Assembly: GCA_947475065.1 (NCBI GenBank)
Contig: CANJLB010000003.1
Location: 20,214 to 84,213 of the forward strand
DNA length: 64,000 bases
Direction of reading: 5' to 3'
Source: Opitutia bacterium
Lineage (GTDB): Bacteria > Verrucomicrobiota > Verrucomicrobiia > Opitutales > Opitutaceae
A program made the translations under genes and the position numbers. Position 1 is the first letter of the stretch, and every line of letters begins with the position of its first letter. Of this stretch, positions 47,351 through 56,424 are shown piece after piece. The notes under the pieces are model-generated. The model saw nothing but the letters and a program-made list of their open reading frames with translations, was not told the origin of the DNA and did no database searches.

Positions 47351-47504
47351 GATGCGGCACAGTTATCCATGGAACAGCTTGCCTAGCAAAGCCCGCACCA
47401 AAACCGACGCAATCATGGAAAGAATGTCCGGACAACATCGCGACAAATTGGCTCGCGCCGCCGCGTGCGGGCATTTTGCTGCTGTCCTGCTTTTCCCCTC
47501 CCCC

Positions 47505-48575
47505 ATGAAACTTGCCTTGTTTTCCTGCCTGCCTCTCCTTCTCGGTGTGGTCGCTCCGCTCCTCGCCGCCGACAACCCTCCGGCTGCCGCCCCGCGTGGC
47601 GCAGCCGCCCCGCCGGCAACCCCTCCGGCCGCCCCACCCTTTCCCGGCAAGCGCACCACCGGCCCCTACGCCCACGGCCCGGATTCGAAGCCGCAGGATG
47701 GGGTGCCCAAAGGTCGCCTGGAAGGACCGTTTGAGTTCAAGAGCCAGATCATTGCCGGCACCGTGCGCCGGTATTGGATTTTTGTCCCGGCCCAATACAC
47801 GCCAGCCCAGGCCGCGTGCCTGCTGGTGTTTCAGGACGGCCAGCGCGCCACCAACCCCGCGCCCGACGCTTCGCTCCGCATCCCGCAGGTAATGGAAAAC
47901 CTCATCGCCAAAAAAGAGATGCCCGTGACCATTGGCCTGTTCATCACGCCGGGCAACCTCAGTGACACCTATCCCGACAACCTCGGAATCGGCAACCCCG
48001 GCAACCGGGCGCAGGAGTATGACGCCGTCAACGACACTTATGCCCGGTTTCTCATCGAGGAGATGCTGCCCGAGCTGAAGAAAAAGTATAACATCACCGA
48101 CGACCCCGAGGGCCGGGTCATCGGCGGCACGAGCAGCGGCGCGATCTGCGCTTTCACCGTCGCGTGGAACCGGCCCGACCAGTTTCGCAAGGTCATCAGC
48201 ATGATCGGCAGCTTTACCTCGATCGGCTGGCGGCCCGCGCAGAACGGCCAGCCGGCCGTGCCGGGCGGCGAAAGCTACCCGACGATGATTCGGAAAACGC
48301 CGCCCAAGCCACTCCGGGTCTTTTTGCAGGACGGCTCCAACGACCTCGACAACGAGCATGGCAACTGGTTTCTCTCCAACCAGCAGATGCTCGCCGCATT
48401 TGCCTATGCCAACGCCAACCCTGCCGGTGTCCGTCGCGGCGGCGGTGCCGGCGGCACCCCGCTCGCCCGCTACGACGTGAGCTACGAATGGGGCGACCAC
48501 ATGCACTCCGATTTGCACGGCGGCACCATCCTGCCCGACATCCTTCGATGGATGTGGCGCGACTACGCGAAGTGA
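47505..48575 (+). CDS. secreted esterase (PF00756-like), paralog 3
   Basis: Signal peptide MKLALFSCLPLLLGVVAPLLA. Esterase core (GGTSSGAICAF nucleophile elbow). Started at the internal Met. Confidence 0.8.
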   Translation: MKLALFSCLPLLLGVVAPLLAADNPPAAAPRGAAAPPATPPAAPPFPGKRTTGPYAHGPDSKPQDGVPKGRLEGPFEFKSQIIAGTVRRYWIFVPAQYTPAQAACLLVFQDGQRATNPAPDASLRIPQVMENLIAKKEMPVTIGLFITPGNLSDTYPDNLGIGNPGNRAQEYDAVNDTYARFLIEEMLPELKKKYNITDDPEGRVIGGTSSGAICAFTVAWNRPDQFRKVISMIGSFTSIGWRPAQNGQPAVPGGESYPTMIRKTPPKPLRVFLQDGSNDLDNEHGNWFLSNQQMLAAFAYANANPAGVRRGGGAGGTPLARYDVSYEWGDHMHSDLHGGTILPDILRWMWRDYAK

Positions 48576-48584
48576 ACTGAGGTT

Positions 48585-48830
48585 TGGTGCTTGGTTCCTA
48601 GTTCGGGATTCCTGGTTTCTTGGTTTCTGAATTACGACCGGATTTTGAATGGCTGATGTCGGCCTGCGGCCTCGGTAACAGAAGCCAGGAAGCCAGGAGG
48701 GAAAAGCTGTTACCGAGCGAAGCGACAGGCAAGTCGCACGCCAAAGCTGAAAGGCTGAAAGCTGAGGCAGGAGGCCAGAGGTCAGAGGCCCGAGGAGGCG
48801 GAGGACGTGGGCATCTTGCGATGCTGTGAG
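48585..48830. repeat. intergenic repeat family A, copy L
   Basis: Modules: cctggtttcttggtttctgaatt (48611-48633); gaatggctgatgtcggcctgcggcctcggtaacagaagccagga (48647-48690) with internal hairpin ctcggtaacag/ctgttaccgag (48671-48717); aaagctgaaaggctgaaagctgag (48743-48766). Confidence 0.55.
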
Positions 48831-48973
48831 GCGAAACTAATCTCATTCTGTCGTCCCCATCCGTGCCTATCCGTGGTTTCAACTGCGTTGTTTAGGTTCA
48901 AAATCGCCTCGCGGCGATGGCGCAAAACGCTTGCGTCCAGGCGGACGGTGTTTTCACATGACCGTTCTCCCTC

Positions 48974-50443
48974 ATGGCATATGACTGGCTCAAAGGTGCG
49001 GCAGATGAATACGACGTGATCGTCATTGGCAGCGGGTTGGGCGGCCTCACCGGCGCCAACGTGCTCGCCAAGGCCGGCCACCGCGTCCTCGTACTGGAGC
49101 ACCACTATCAGTTTGGCGGGCTCGCCACGTGGTTCACCCGCAAGGGCGGGCACACTTTCGACATCTCGTTGCACGGCTTTCCCGCCGGCATGATCAAGTC
49201 CTGCCGCAAATACTGGACGAAGGAGATCGCAGACTCGATCGTGCCGCTGAAGGACATCCGCTTCATCAACCCGCAGATGGACGTGTGGACGACTTTCACG
49301 CGCGAGGACTACACCCGCGTGCTCACCGAGCAGTTCAAGCTCGACCGTGCCGAGGTGGAAAAGTTTTACGATCACCTGCGGGCGATGAATTTTTACGACG
49401 ACAACCGCGAGACCACCGGCGAGATGTTTGAGCGGTTTTTTCCCGGCCGGCCCGACGTCCACCGGCTGCTCATGGAACCCATCGCCTATGCCAACGGCTC
49501 GACGACCGACGACCCGGCGATCACCTATGGCATCGTGTTTTCCAACTTCATGGGCGCGGGCGTCTTCACCTTCCGCGGCGGCTCCGACCTCCTCATCGAA
49601 AAAATGGTCGCTGAGCTGAAAAAGAACGGGGTCGAGCTGCGGAAGAAAGTTCTCGTCGAAAAAATCCTGGTCGAGGAGCACGACGGACGGAAAATCGCCT
49701 GCGGCATCGTGGCCAAGGGCGGGCGCGTCATCCGCGCCAAGGCCGTGCTGTCCAACGCCAGCATCAAAAACACCGTGCTCCGTCTGGCCGGCGAGGAAAG
49801 CTTCCTGCCGGCGCATCCCGGCTATGTGGCGGCGGCCAAAGCCGTGCGCATCAACCACAGCTCCTGCCAGGTCTATCTTGGCATCCGGCAGGGCGAGAGC
49901 ATCCCGCATATCGGCGACCTCGTGTTCACCTCGGCTTCGCCGGCGTTCAGCAGCGCGGCCCTCACGGATTTCCACACCACCAGCCGCACCTTTTCGGTCT
50001 ATTACCCGGATACGCGCCCCGGTTCCGGCCGCTACACCGTCGTCGTCTCGCTGAACAGCAATTACGCGGACTGGACGCGGCTTTCCGAAGCGGATTACGA
50101 ACGGGAGAAGACACGGCTCATTGAAGAGTCCCTCACGGCGCTGGAGGGCTATATCCCCGGGGTGCGCGCAAAGATTGACTGGATGGAGGCGGCGACACCG
50201 CGCACCATTGAACGCTACACAACGCATCTCGGCGGCACGTCGTTCGGCACGAAGTTCGAGGGGCTGAAAGTCTCGATGGATTTGCCCGAAAACCTGCCCG
50301 GCCTGTTCCACGCCGGCAGCGTGGGCATCATCATGTCCGGCTGGCTTGGCACCATCAATTATGGCGTCATCACGGCGAACAAGATTGATCGCCATCTGGC
50401 TGCGCTGCAGCGGATGTCAGGTTTGAATGGCGGAAAAAGCTGA
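48974..50443 (+). CDS. FAD-dependent oxidoreductase of the phytoene desaturase (CrtI)/amine-oxidase family
   Basis: N-terminal dinucleotide fold [29 protein letters not shown]. 489 aa. Confidence 0.85.
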   Translation: MAYDWLKGAADEYDVIVIGSGLGGLTGANVLAKAGHRVLVLEHHYQFGGLATWFTRKGGHTFDISLHGFPAGMIKSCRKYWTKEIADSIVPLKDIRFINPQMDVWTTFTREDYTRVLTEQFKLDRAEVEKFYDHLRAMNFYDDNRETTGEMFERFFPGRPDVHRLLMEPIAYANGSTTDDPAITYGIVFSNFMGAGVFTFRGGSDLLIEKMVAELKKNGVELRKKVLVEKILVEEHDGRKIACGIVAKGGRVIRAKAVLSNASIKNTVLRLAGEESFLPAHPGYVAAAKAVRINHSSCQVYLGIRQGESIPHIGDLVFTSASPAFSSAALTDFHTTSRTFSVYYPDTRPGSGRYTVVVSLNSNYADWTRLSEADYEREKTRLIEESLTALEGYIPGVRAKIDWMEAATPRTIERYTTHLGGTSFGTKFEGLKVSMDLPENLPGLFHAGSVGIIMSGWLGTINYGVITANKIDRHLAALQRMSGLNGGKS

Positions 50444-50715
50444 GAGCTGAGAGCTGGCGGAAAAGCTGAGAGCTGAAAGGCTGAAAGCTGAAATCGGAGG
50501 CTAGGAATCGGAGGGCAGCGTGCTTGCTTCTTGGTTTCTTGGCTTCTGAATTTTACCGTCTGGATTGGTCGGAGGGATCGCGGAAATCGGAGAAGATAAT
50601 GGCTGATGTCGGCCTTGCGGCCTCGGTGACAGAAGCCAGGAGACCGAAGACGGAGGGTGCATCGCGGAGAAGTGGAACGGCGGAAAAGCTGAGAGGCGAG
50701 ATCGAGATCGGATGA
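50436..50715. repeat. intergenic repeat family A, copy R (same modules as L, begins at the CrtI-like stop codon)
   Basis: gctgagagctgagagctgg...gctgaaaggctgaaagctgaaat; cttggtttcttggcttctgaatttt (50530-50553); aatggctgatgtcggccttgcggcctcggtgacagaagccaggag (50598-50642). Confidence 0.55.
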
Positions 50716-50956
50716 ACGCGCTACGAGCAGACCGCCGACCCAGCTGCAAGAAACTGAGATGCACCCAGCGGGTTCGGCACGCCAGTTTGGCCTTGATCAG
50801 ACTTCGGGCCAAGGCCAGCATCAGCCAACTGAAACGGATGGATCACCGCAGCCTCGACGCCGCCTGGTGCCACGCTGCGGAAGCTTGGCTCGTCTGCTAA
50901 GGCCTGATCACCGTCTCCTCAACCCAAAAAAGTGTTACCCTATTATCCTAAACTTT

Positions 50957-51532
50957 ATGAAATATTTAATCATACTTTTAATTGCAATCAACACGTTATC
51001 TCGAGGCGAGTCCATTTCAAGCAACGATGTTCATGGTGAAGCAGTCCAATCTGGCTCGATTTCATGGAAAATTAGTTCTAGCGCCAATAGTTTATATTTT
51101 CTATACGAACTCAGTTCGGATGATTACTTAATTATATCGATAAGCAATGTTTCAAGCAAACCGGTAACTGTTCCTGCTGAAATGAACATAGTCAAAAGAT
51201 GGGACCAAATATTTTATGACAGACCTTTGCTTTTTTTACATTATAAAAATGGAAATGGAGACACTATCGGTGAATATTCTGTAGTGTCTAGTTTTTTAAT
51301 AAACATGAGCGATCCCAGATCTTCGTTTGTTCTTTTGCCGGGAACAACAATATCAGCGAGATATGATCTTTCGCTTGTTTTTCCCCTTAATCGCAAGAGG
51401 GATTTTTTTTCCAAATCTTCCCTGGACCTTTGTTCATATATGATTGAAGTTCTATTGCCTGATGCAACTTTTAAAAGTCTTGTGAAGCAAGATTCGAAAT
51501 GGAAAAACTTTAGCTCAAGAATAAAGTTATAA
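50957..51532 (+). CDS. hypothetical secreted protein encoded in a ~33% GC islet
   Basis: 192-aa ORF, MKYLIILLIAINTLSRGES signal-like N-terminus, Ser/Asn/Ile-rich. GC ~33% versus ~65% genome-wide. No homology is recognisable by eye. Confidence 0.55.
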   Translation: MKYLIILLIAINTLSRGESISSNDVHGEAVQSGSISWKISSSANSLYFLYELSSDDYLIISISNVSSKPVTVPAEMNIVKRWDQIFYDRPLLFLHYKNGNGDTIGEYSVVSSFLINMSDPRSSFVLLPGTTISARYDLSLVFPLNRKRDFFSKSSLDLCSYMIEVLLPDATFKSLVKQDSKWKNFSSRIKL

Positions 51533-51676
51533 AACTATGTTTTGCGTGTCAAAAATCATATCCCGCCCGAATACAAGCGTTATATTGAAAGATATGCGAA
51601 CCGTTGACGCTGTATTAAAAACGCATTCTTGTCTGTTATCATGCATTAATGTCTCCGCAGGGCGCTATGCGTGAGA

Positions 51677-51865
51677 TCATGGCTGCGACGCGCGGTGCCG
51701 GAGCCGGTCGAGGACGGTGGCCGCGATGATAATGCCGCCGGTGACGATCTCCTGCACCGAGTTGGAAAGGCCGAGCTTGGTGCAGCCTTTGGCCACGACA
51801 CTCATAATTAGTGCGCCGACGAGCGTGCCGACGACAGTGCCCTGGCTGGCGGCGGTTTGCCGAAC
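51677..51865 (-). pseudogene. 3' remnant of a second RbsC-type ABC permease gene
   Basis: Minus-strand translation ...[56 protein letters not shown] matches the C-terminus of RbsC-type permeases and of the intact neighbour (52009-53010). There is no room for the N-terminal ~250 aa. Confidence 0.5.
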
Positions 51866-52008
51866 ACGGGACCCGGGCCGAGACGATGCGCAAGGCTGTG
51901 CGCTTCGGCGTGCCTTCCGGCTCAGTGTGAACGGCCTGACGTTTCCGCCTTCGCCTTCAATGCCGCGCCAAAATCAGGAGCGCCGAGCCGAAGCATGGGC
52001 TGGGTGCG

Positions 52009-53010
52009 TCAGTTTTCACGGCCCTGCCGCAGGCGGTCGAAATAGACGGCCACGATGATCACGAGGCCGATGATGATCTCCTGAAAATAATTCGGCCACT
52101 CCATCGCCTGCGTGCCGGTGCGGAGCACCGCCATAAGCAGCGCGCCGATCATTGAGCCGAGCACCGTGCCCACCCCGCCGTTCAGGCTCGCGCCGCCCAC
52201 GATCACCGCCGCGATGATGTCGAGCTCCAGCCCGACGGCCGCCGTCGGGTCGCCGAGGCTCAAGCGCGAGAGCTGAAACAGCCCGGCGAGGCCAAAGAGG
52301 CACCCCGCCAGCCCATAGATCAGGATTTTCAGCCGCACGGTGGGCAGGCCGCAGAGGCGGGCGGTCTGCTCGTTGGAGCCGATGGCGAAGACGTGCCGGC
52401 CAAACACCGTGCGGCACAGCAGCAGCGCGACGAGCAGGGCGAGCGCCAGCACCACCCACACACCCACCGGCAGGGCCATGCCGTCCGGGTCGGCCGTGGT
52501 CATCCAATCGTCAACCGGCGTGTGCCAGTCCGCGTTGGCGGCCTTTTGCAGCGGGGTCGGGTAGTTGACGGTCTGGTTTTCCGCGAGCCACTTGGCCGTG
52601 CCACGCACGATGCCGAGCGTGCCGAGCGTGACGATGAACGGCACCATCCGCAGCCCGGCGATGAGCGTGCCGTTGAGCAGGCCGATGAGCGCGCCGCCGG
52701 CCACCATCGCCAGGACCGCCACGCCCGCCGGCCAGTCGTGCTGGAGCAGCCGCGCGCCGATGACGCTGGTGAGCGCGATGGTCGAGCCGACCGACAGGTC
52801 AATGCCGCCGCTCACGATGATCATGGTCATGCCCAGCGCGCCGACCGCCACGATGACCGTCTGCGTGAAAATGATCTTGAAGTTGTGGTAGGTGAAAAAA
52901 TTCCCGTGGTGGGTCACGAGCGGGACCGCGATGGAAAAAAACGCGATCACGAGGATCAGCCCGATGAACGGGCCGCCCTTGAGGAGGATTCTTTTCAAGC
53001 TGGCTTTCAT
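52009..53010 (-). CDS. sugar ABC transporter permease (RbsC/XylH-like)
   Basis: Started at MKASLKRILLKGGPFIGL. ~10 TM helices. C-terminal GGASLNGGVGTVLGSMIGALLMAVL...FDRLRQ. Confidence 0.9.
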   Translation of the reverse strand: MKASLKRILLKGGPFIGLILVIAFFSIAVPLVTHHGNFFTYHNFKIIFTQTVIVAVGALGMTMIIVSGGIDLSVGSTIALTSVIGARLLQHDWPAGVAVLAMVAGGALIGLLNGTLIAGLRMVPFIVTLGTLGIVRGTAKWLAENQTVNYPTPLQKAANADWHTPVDDWMTTADPDGMALPVGVWVVLALALLVALLLCRTVFGRHVFAIGSNEQTARLCGLPTVRLKILIYGLAGCLFGLAGLFQLSRLSLGDPTAAVGLELDIIAAVIVGGASLNGGVGTVLGSMIGALLMAVLRTGTQAMEWPNYFQEIIIGLVIIVAVYFDRLRQGREN

Positions 53011-53020
53011 GGGCAAGGGC

Positions 53021-54526
53021 TCACTCGCCGCCGGTGGCGACGCGCATGACACCGGCCTCGGTCCACTCCGCGCGCGGGCGCACGGCGGCCAGCTCGCCCC
53101 GGCACATCACGCCGATGGTGTCGCACAGCCCGAGCAGCTCGGGCAGGTAGGAGCTGACGACGACGACGGCCTTGCCCGACGCGGCGAGGTCGCCGATGAG
53201 CTGGTAAATCTGGGCCTTGCTCCCCACGTCAATGCCGCGCGTCGGCTCGTCGAGCAGGAAAATTTTCGCGGGGTGCTCCAGCAGGCGCGCGAAGGCGACC
53301 TTCTGCTGGTTGCCGCCGGAGAGCTCGCCGATGGGTTGCGCAGCGTCGCGGCATTTCACCCGCAGCTCGTCCACCCAGCGCTGCGCGGTCGCGCGCTGGC
53401 GCCCGCCGCTGATGAAGCCGAAGCGGCCGAAGCGATCCTGTTTCGTGAGCGTCAGGTTGTCGGCGATGGACTGCGAAAGCATCAGCCCCTCCTCCTTGCG
53501 GTTCTCGCTCAGAAAGCCGACGCCCTCCGTCCAACGCGCGCGCGGCGTGGAACGGCCGGCGGGCGCCCCGACGACGCAGACCTCGCCAGCGGCCAGTTCG
53601 TCCAACGAGAAAATCGCGCGCAGCAAATCCGTGCGGCCCGCGCCGATCAGCCCGCCGAGGCCGAAAATCTCGCCCGCCCGCACCTGCAAGGTGGCGCACC
53701 TGAGGCGCGGCGGGCTGACGGCGGCCCTGACCTCCAGCACGACCGCGCCGGTGGCGTGCGCGGCGCGCGGGTAGAGGTCTTTCACCTCGCGGCCGGTCAT
53801 CAGCGTGACGAGGTGGTCGAGCGTCGCGCCCTTCATCTCGCCGGAGCCGACGGTCTCGCCGTCCTTGAGCACGGTGTAGCGGTCGGCGATCCGGCGGCAT
53901 TCCTCCAGAAAATGGCTGATGTAGATGACGCCGACGCCCTGCGCGCGCAGGCGGCCAATGGTGGCGAAGAGCTTTTCGGTGTCGGCCTGCGTGAGGCTGC
54001 TCGTCGGCTCGTCCATGATGAGAATTTTGGGCTGCTTGAGGAGCGCGCGGGCGATCTCGATGACCTGCTGCTCCGCGATGGAAAATGCTCCCGCCGGGCG
54101 GCCGAGGTCGAGCGCCTCGTGGCCGAGCTGCGCAAGCGCGGCGCGGGCGCGCTCGCGGGAGGCCGCACGGTTGATCCAGCCGGCACGGGCGGACTCGTCG
54201 CCGAGCAGGATGTTCTCCTGCGCGCTGAGGTGCAGCGCGAGGTTGAGCTCCTGGTAGATCATGGCGACGCCCTTGAGCCGGGCATCGTGCGGGTTCTCCG
54301 GCAGGTAGGGCCGGCCGGCGAGCTCCATCGAGCCGGCGTCGGCCCGGTGCGCGCCGCTGAGGATTTTCATCAGCGTGCTCTTGCCCGCGCCGTTCTCGCC
54401 GATGAGCGCGTGAACCTCGCCGGGCGCGATGCCGAAGGAAACCCCGCGCAGCGCGTGGGTGGCGCCGAAGCTCTTGCGGATGCCCGCCAGCCGGAGGCTC
54501 GCGGCGGTGGTGAGAGGGTTTGTCAT
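53021..54526 (-). CDS. sugar ABC transporter ATP-binding protein with two NBDs (RbsA/XylG-like)
   Basis: Two Walker A motifs (GENGAGKST; GLIGAGRT), two ABC signatures (LSGGNQQKV etc.), 501 aa. Its ATG start codon lies inside a 33-bp repeat copy. Confidence 0.9.
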   Translation of the reverse strand: MTNPLTTAASLRLAGIRKSFGATHALRGVSFGIAPGEVHALIGENGAGKSTLMKILSGAHRADAGSMELAGRPYLPENPHDARLKGVAMIYQELNLALHLSAQENILLGDESARAGWINRAASRERARAALAQLGHEALDLGRPAGAFSIAEQQVIEIARALLKQPKILIMDEPTSSLTQADTEKLFATIGRLRAQGVGVIYISHFLEECRRIADRYTVLKDGETVGSGEMKGATLDHLVTLMTGREVKDLYPRAAHATGAVVLEVRAAVSPPRLRCATLQVRAGEIFGLGGLIGAGRTDLLRAIFSLDELAAGEVCVVGAPAGRSTPRARWTEGVGFLSENRKEEGLMLSQSIADNLTLTKQDRFGRFGFISGGRQRATAQRWVDELRVKCRDAAQPIGELSGGNQQKVAFARLLEHPAKIFLLDEPTRGIDVGSKAQIYQLIGDLAASGKAVVVVSSYLPELLGLCDTIGVMCRGELAAVRPRAEWTEAGVMRVATGGE

Positions 54527-54553
54527 TCTGAGCGCAGCGAAGAATCCAGTGCG
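54521..54553. repeat. 33-bp repeat copy 1 (tgtcattctgagcgcagcgaagaatccagtgcg)
   Basis: Overlaps both the GIY-YIG stop/C-terminal 10 codons and the ABC ATPase start codon. It is identical to copy 2 at 54893-54925. Confidence 0.8.
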
Positions 54554-54870
54554 GTGTTGGCATCCACTGAAACATCATGCCACCCCTCGGCCAAGTCTTT
54601 CCAAAGGGGATTTTCCTGCTGGATCAGAGCGATCTTCCGATCACGCCGCCAACCCTTCAGCTCGGTTTCACGGCGGATGGCGTTGGTCACATCGCGGAAC
54701 TCCTCAAAATAGACCAGCCGGTGAAGGCCGTAGCGCTTGGCAAAACCATCCTTGGCCCCGGTCTTGTGCTGCCAAGTGCGTCGTTCGAGAGAATTGGTGA
54801 CACCGATGTAAAGCGTGCCGTGCGGCTTGTTGGACAGGATATAGACCCAGTAGCTGCGGTAGGTGGACAT
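54523..54870 (-). CDS. GIY-YIG nuclease family protein (small, standalone)
   Basis: YILSNKPHGTLYIGVTNSLERRTWQH...GWRRDRKIAL is the GIY-YIG catalytic module. 115 aa. It is inserted between the ABC substrate-binding and ATPase genes. Confidence 0.85.
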   Translation of the reverse strand: MSTYRSYWVYILSNKPHGTLYIGVTNSLERRTWQHKTGAKDGFAKRYGLHRLVYFEEFRDVTNAIRRETELKGWRRDRKIALIQQENPLWKDLAEGWHDVSVDANTALDSSLRSE

Positions 54871-54892
54871 CTTGAAAGGGCGGAAAAAGGCA

Positions 54893-54977
54893 TGTCATTC
54901 TGAGCGCAGCGAAGAATCCAGTGCGAATCTCGATGGCGGACATCCAACTGGATTCTTCGCTGCGCTCAGAATGACAA
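54893..54977. repeat. 33-bp repeat copy 2 plus inverted copy 3 forming a ~30-bp-stem hairpin upstream of GIY-YIG
   Basis: tgtcattctgagcgcagcgaagaatccagtgcg (54893-54925), a 22-nt loop, then ctggattcttcgctgcgctcagaatgaca (54948-54977), the perfect reverse complement. Confidence 0.8.
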
Positions 54978-55039
54978 ACTGGGGGGCGTGCGCTCGGATT
55001 ACGCAGGCATTTCGGCTCTCCCAAACGGGCGCGCGCGGG

Positions 55040-56050
55040 TCATTTCAGGTATTTGTCGAGCGGCGGGTGGACGATCTCGGCCATCTCCGGGGCGTCGAAA
55101 TTTGCCTTGGTCACGAAGCCGACGCCGGTGTCAATGCGCGCCTCGACTTTCTGGCCCTTGATCGCGGCGACGGCGTTCTTCACGCCGAGGTAGCCCATGT
55201 TCATCGGGTTCTGGACGACGAAGCCCTGCACCTCGCCTTTCTGGAGGCCGTCGTTGAGCGTCTCGCTGGAGTCGAAGGCGACGAACGTCAGCTTGCCGGC
55301 GAGCTTGGCGTCGCGCAGGGCGAGCAGCATGCCGGAGGCGGCGGACTCGTTGCAGGCGAAGATGCCGTTGACCTGGGCGCCAAACTTGGTGAGCAGGTTT
55401 TCCGAGGCGGTCTTGGCCGAGTCGCGGGTCGCGCCGGCGTGCTGGTCGGTGGAGAGCAGCTTGATGGCAGGGAAGTCCTTCGCCATGACTTCGAGGAAGC
55501 CTTCCTCGCGCTCCTCGGTGCTGGCCGAGCCGACGAGAAAGCGGAGCATGATGACGTTGCCCTTGCCGCCGAGAATCTTGCCCAGCTCGCGGGCGGCGAT
55601 GCGGCCGCCCTCCTTGTTGTCGGTGGCGATGAAGCTAGTGAGCGCCTTCGACTGGAGGCCGGAGTCAATGACGATGACGGGGATCTTGCCCTTCACGGCG
55701 GTCTCGACCGGGGCGACGAGCGCCTTGCTGTCGAGCGGGGCGACGACGATGGCGTCAACGTGCTGGCCGATGAAGTTTTCGACGACCTGGATCTGCTGCT
55801 CGCGGTCGTCCTCCCGGAGCGGGCCTTTCCAGAGGACGTTGACCTTGATGCCCTGCGCGGCGAGCTCCAACTGGGCCTTCATGGCGCCGGCGTGGATGGA
55901 TTTCCAGAACTCGTGCGTGGTGCCTTTCGGGATGACGGCGATCTGGAGCACGCCGGCAGCGGGGGCGGCACCGGCGGCGGGCTGGTCGCTGGGAGCTTTG
56001 GAGCAAGCGCTGAGCGCGAGCAAGGTGAGGGCGGCAAAGAGGCGTTTCAT
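55040..56050 (-). CDS. sugar ABC transporter substrate-binding lipoprotein (RbsB-like, periplasmic binding protein type I)
   Basis: Started at MKRLFAALTLLALSACS (lipobox). PBP-I fold motifs (IAVIPKGTTHEFW, VDAIVVAPLD). Confidence 0.9.
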   Translation of the reverse strand: MKRLFAALTLLALSACSKAPSDQPAAGAAPAAGVLQIAVIPKGTTHEFWKSIHAGAMKAQLELAAQGIKVNVLWKGPLREDDREQQIQVVENFIGQHVDAIVVAPLDSKALVAPVETAVKGKIPVIVIDSGLQSKALTSFIATDNKEGGRIAARELGKILGGKGNVIMLRFLVGSASTEEREEGFLEVMAKDFPAIKLLSTDQHAGATRDSAKTASENLLTKFGAQVNGIFACNESAASGMLLALRDAKLAGKLTFVAFDSSETLNDGLQKGEVQGFVVQNPMNMGYLGVKNAVAAIKGQKVEARIDTGVGFVTKANFDAPEMAEIVHPPLDKYLK

Positions 56051-56424
56051 GGGAGGCGGAGGGAAGGGTCGGGGTGGAGGGGAAGGGAGCTGGGAGAACG
56101 GCAAGAAAATGGGGCCGCGTCAACGCCCTTCACGGGCCGTAGGCGGCGACGGCGGTGCCGCCAAAAATGCGCGCCTGCTCGGCGGCGGTGAGCGGAGCCG
56201 TCCAGCCGCGCACGAGGGCGTGCCACCGCGCGTAGCTGGCGGCGACCGAGCGCCGCCCTCCGAAAAAGAAATCTGATTCTCTCGAGAGATTGTAATCAGA
56301 CGATGGGAGAATAGTTTCATGCCCTCAGGCACACCAGAAATCAGCCCTTCCCCTGAGCCTCTCTGTCCCATTTCCCCAACTTGGAAAGGAGGTCAGGACC
56401 CCTTTCAAAGCTGAATCGCAGCCC

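Noticed and set aside
48620-48829. 69-aa ORF inside repeat copy L (and 63-aa ORF at 50524-50715 in copy R) as conserved small proteins
   Set aside because: A 1-bp indel between copies puts the shared DNA core in different reading frames in the two ORFs, so the similarity is at the DNA level, not the peptide level.
56120-56371. 83-aa minus-strand ORF in the spacer upstream of the ABC substrate-binding gene
   Set aside because: Low-complexity composition, no start context, lies in the probable promoter region of the transporter operon.
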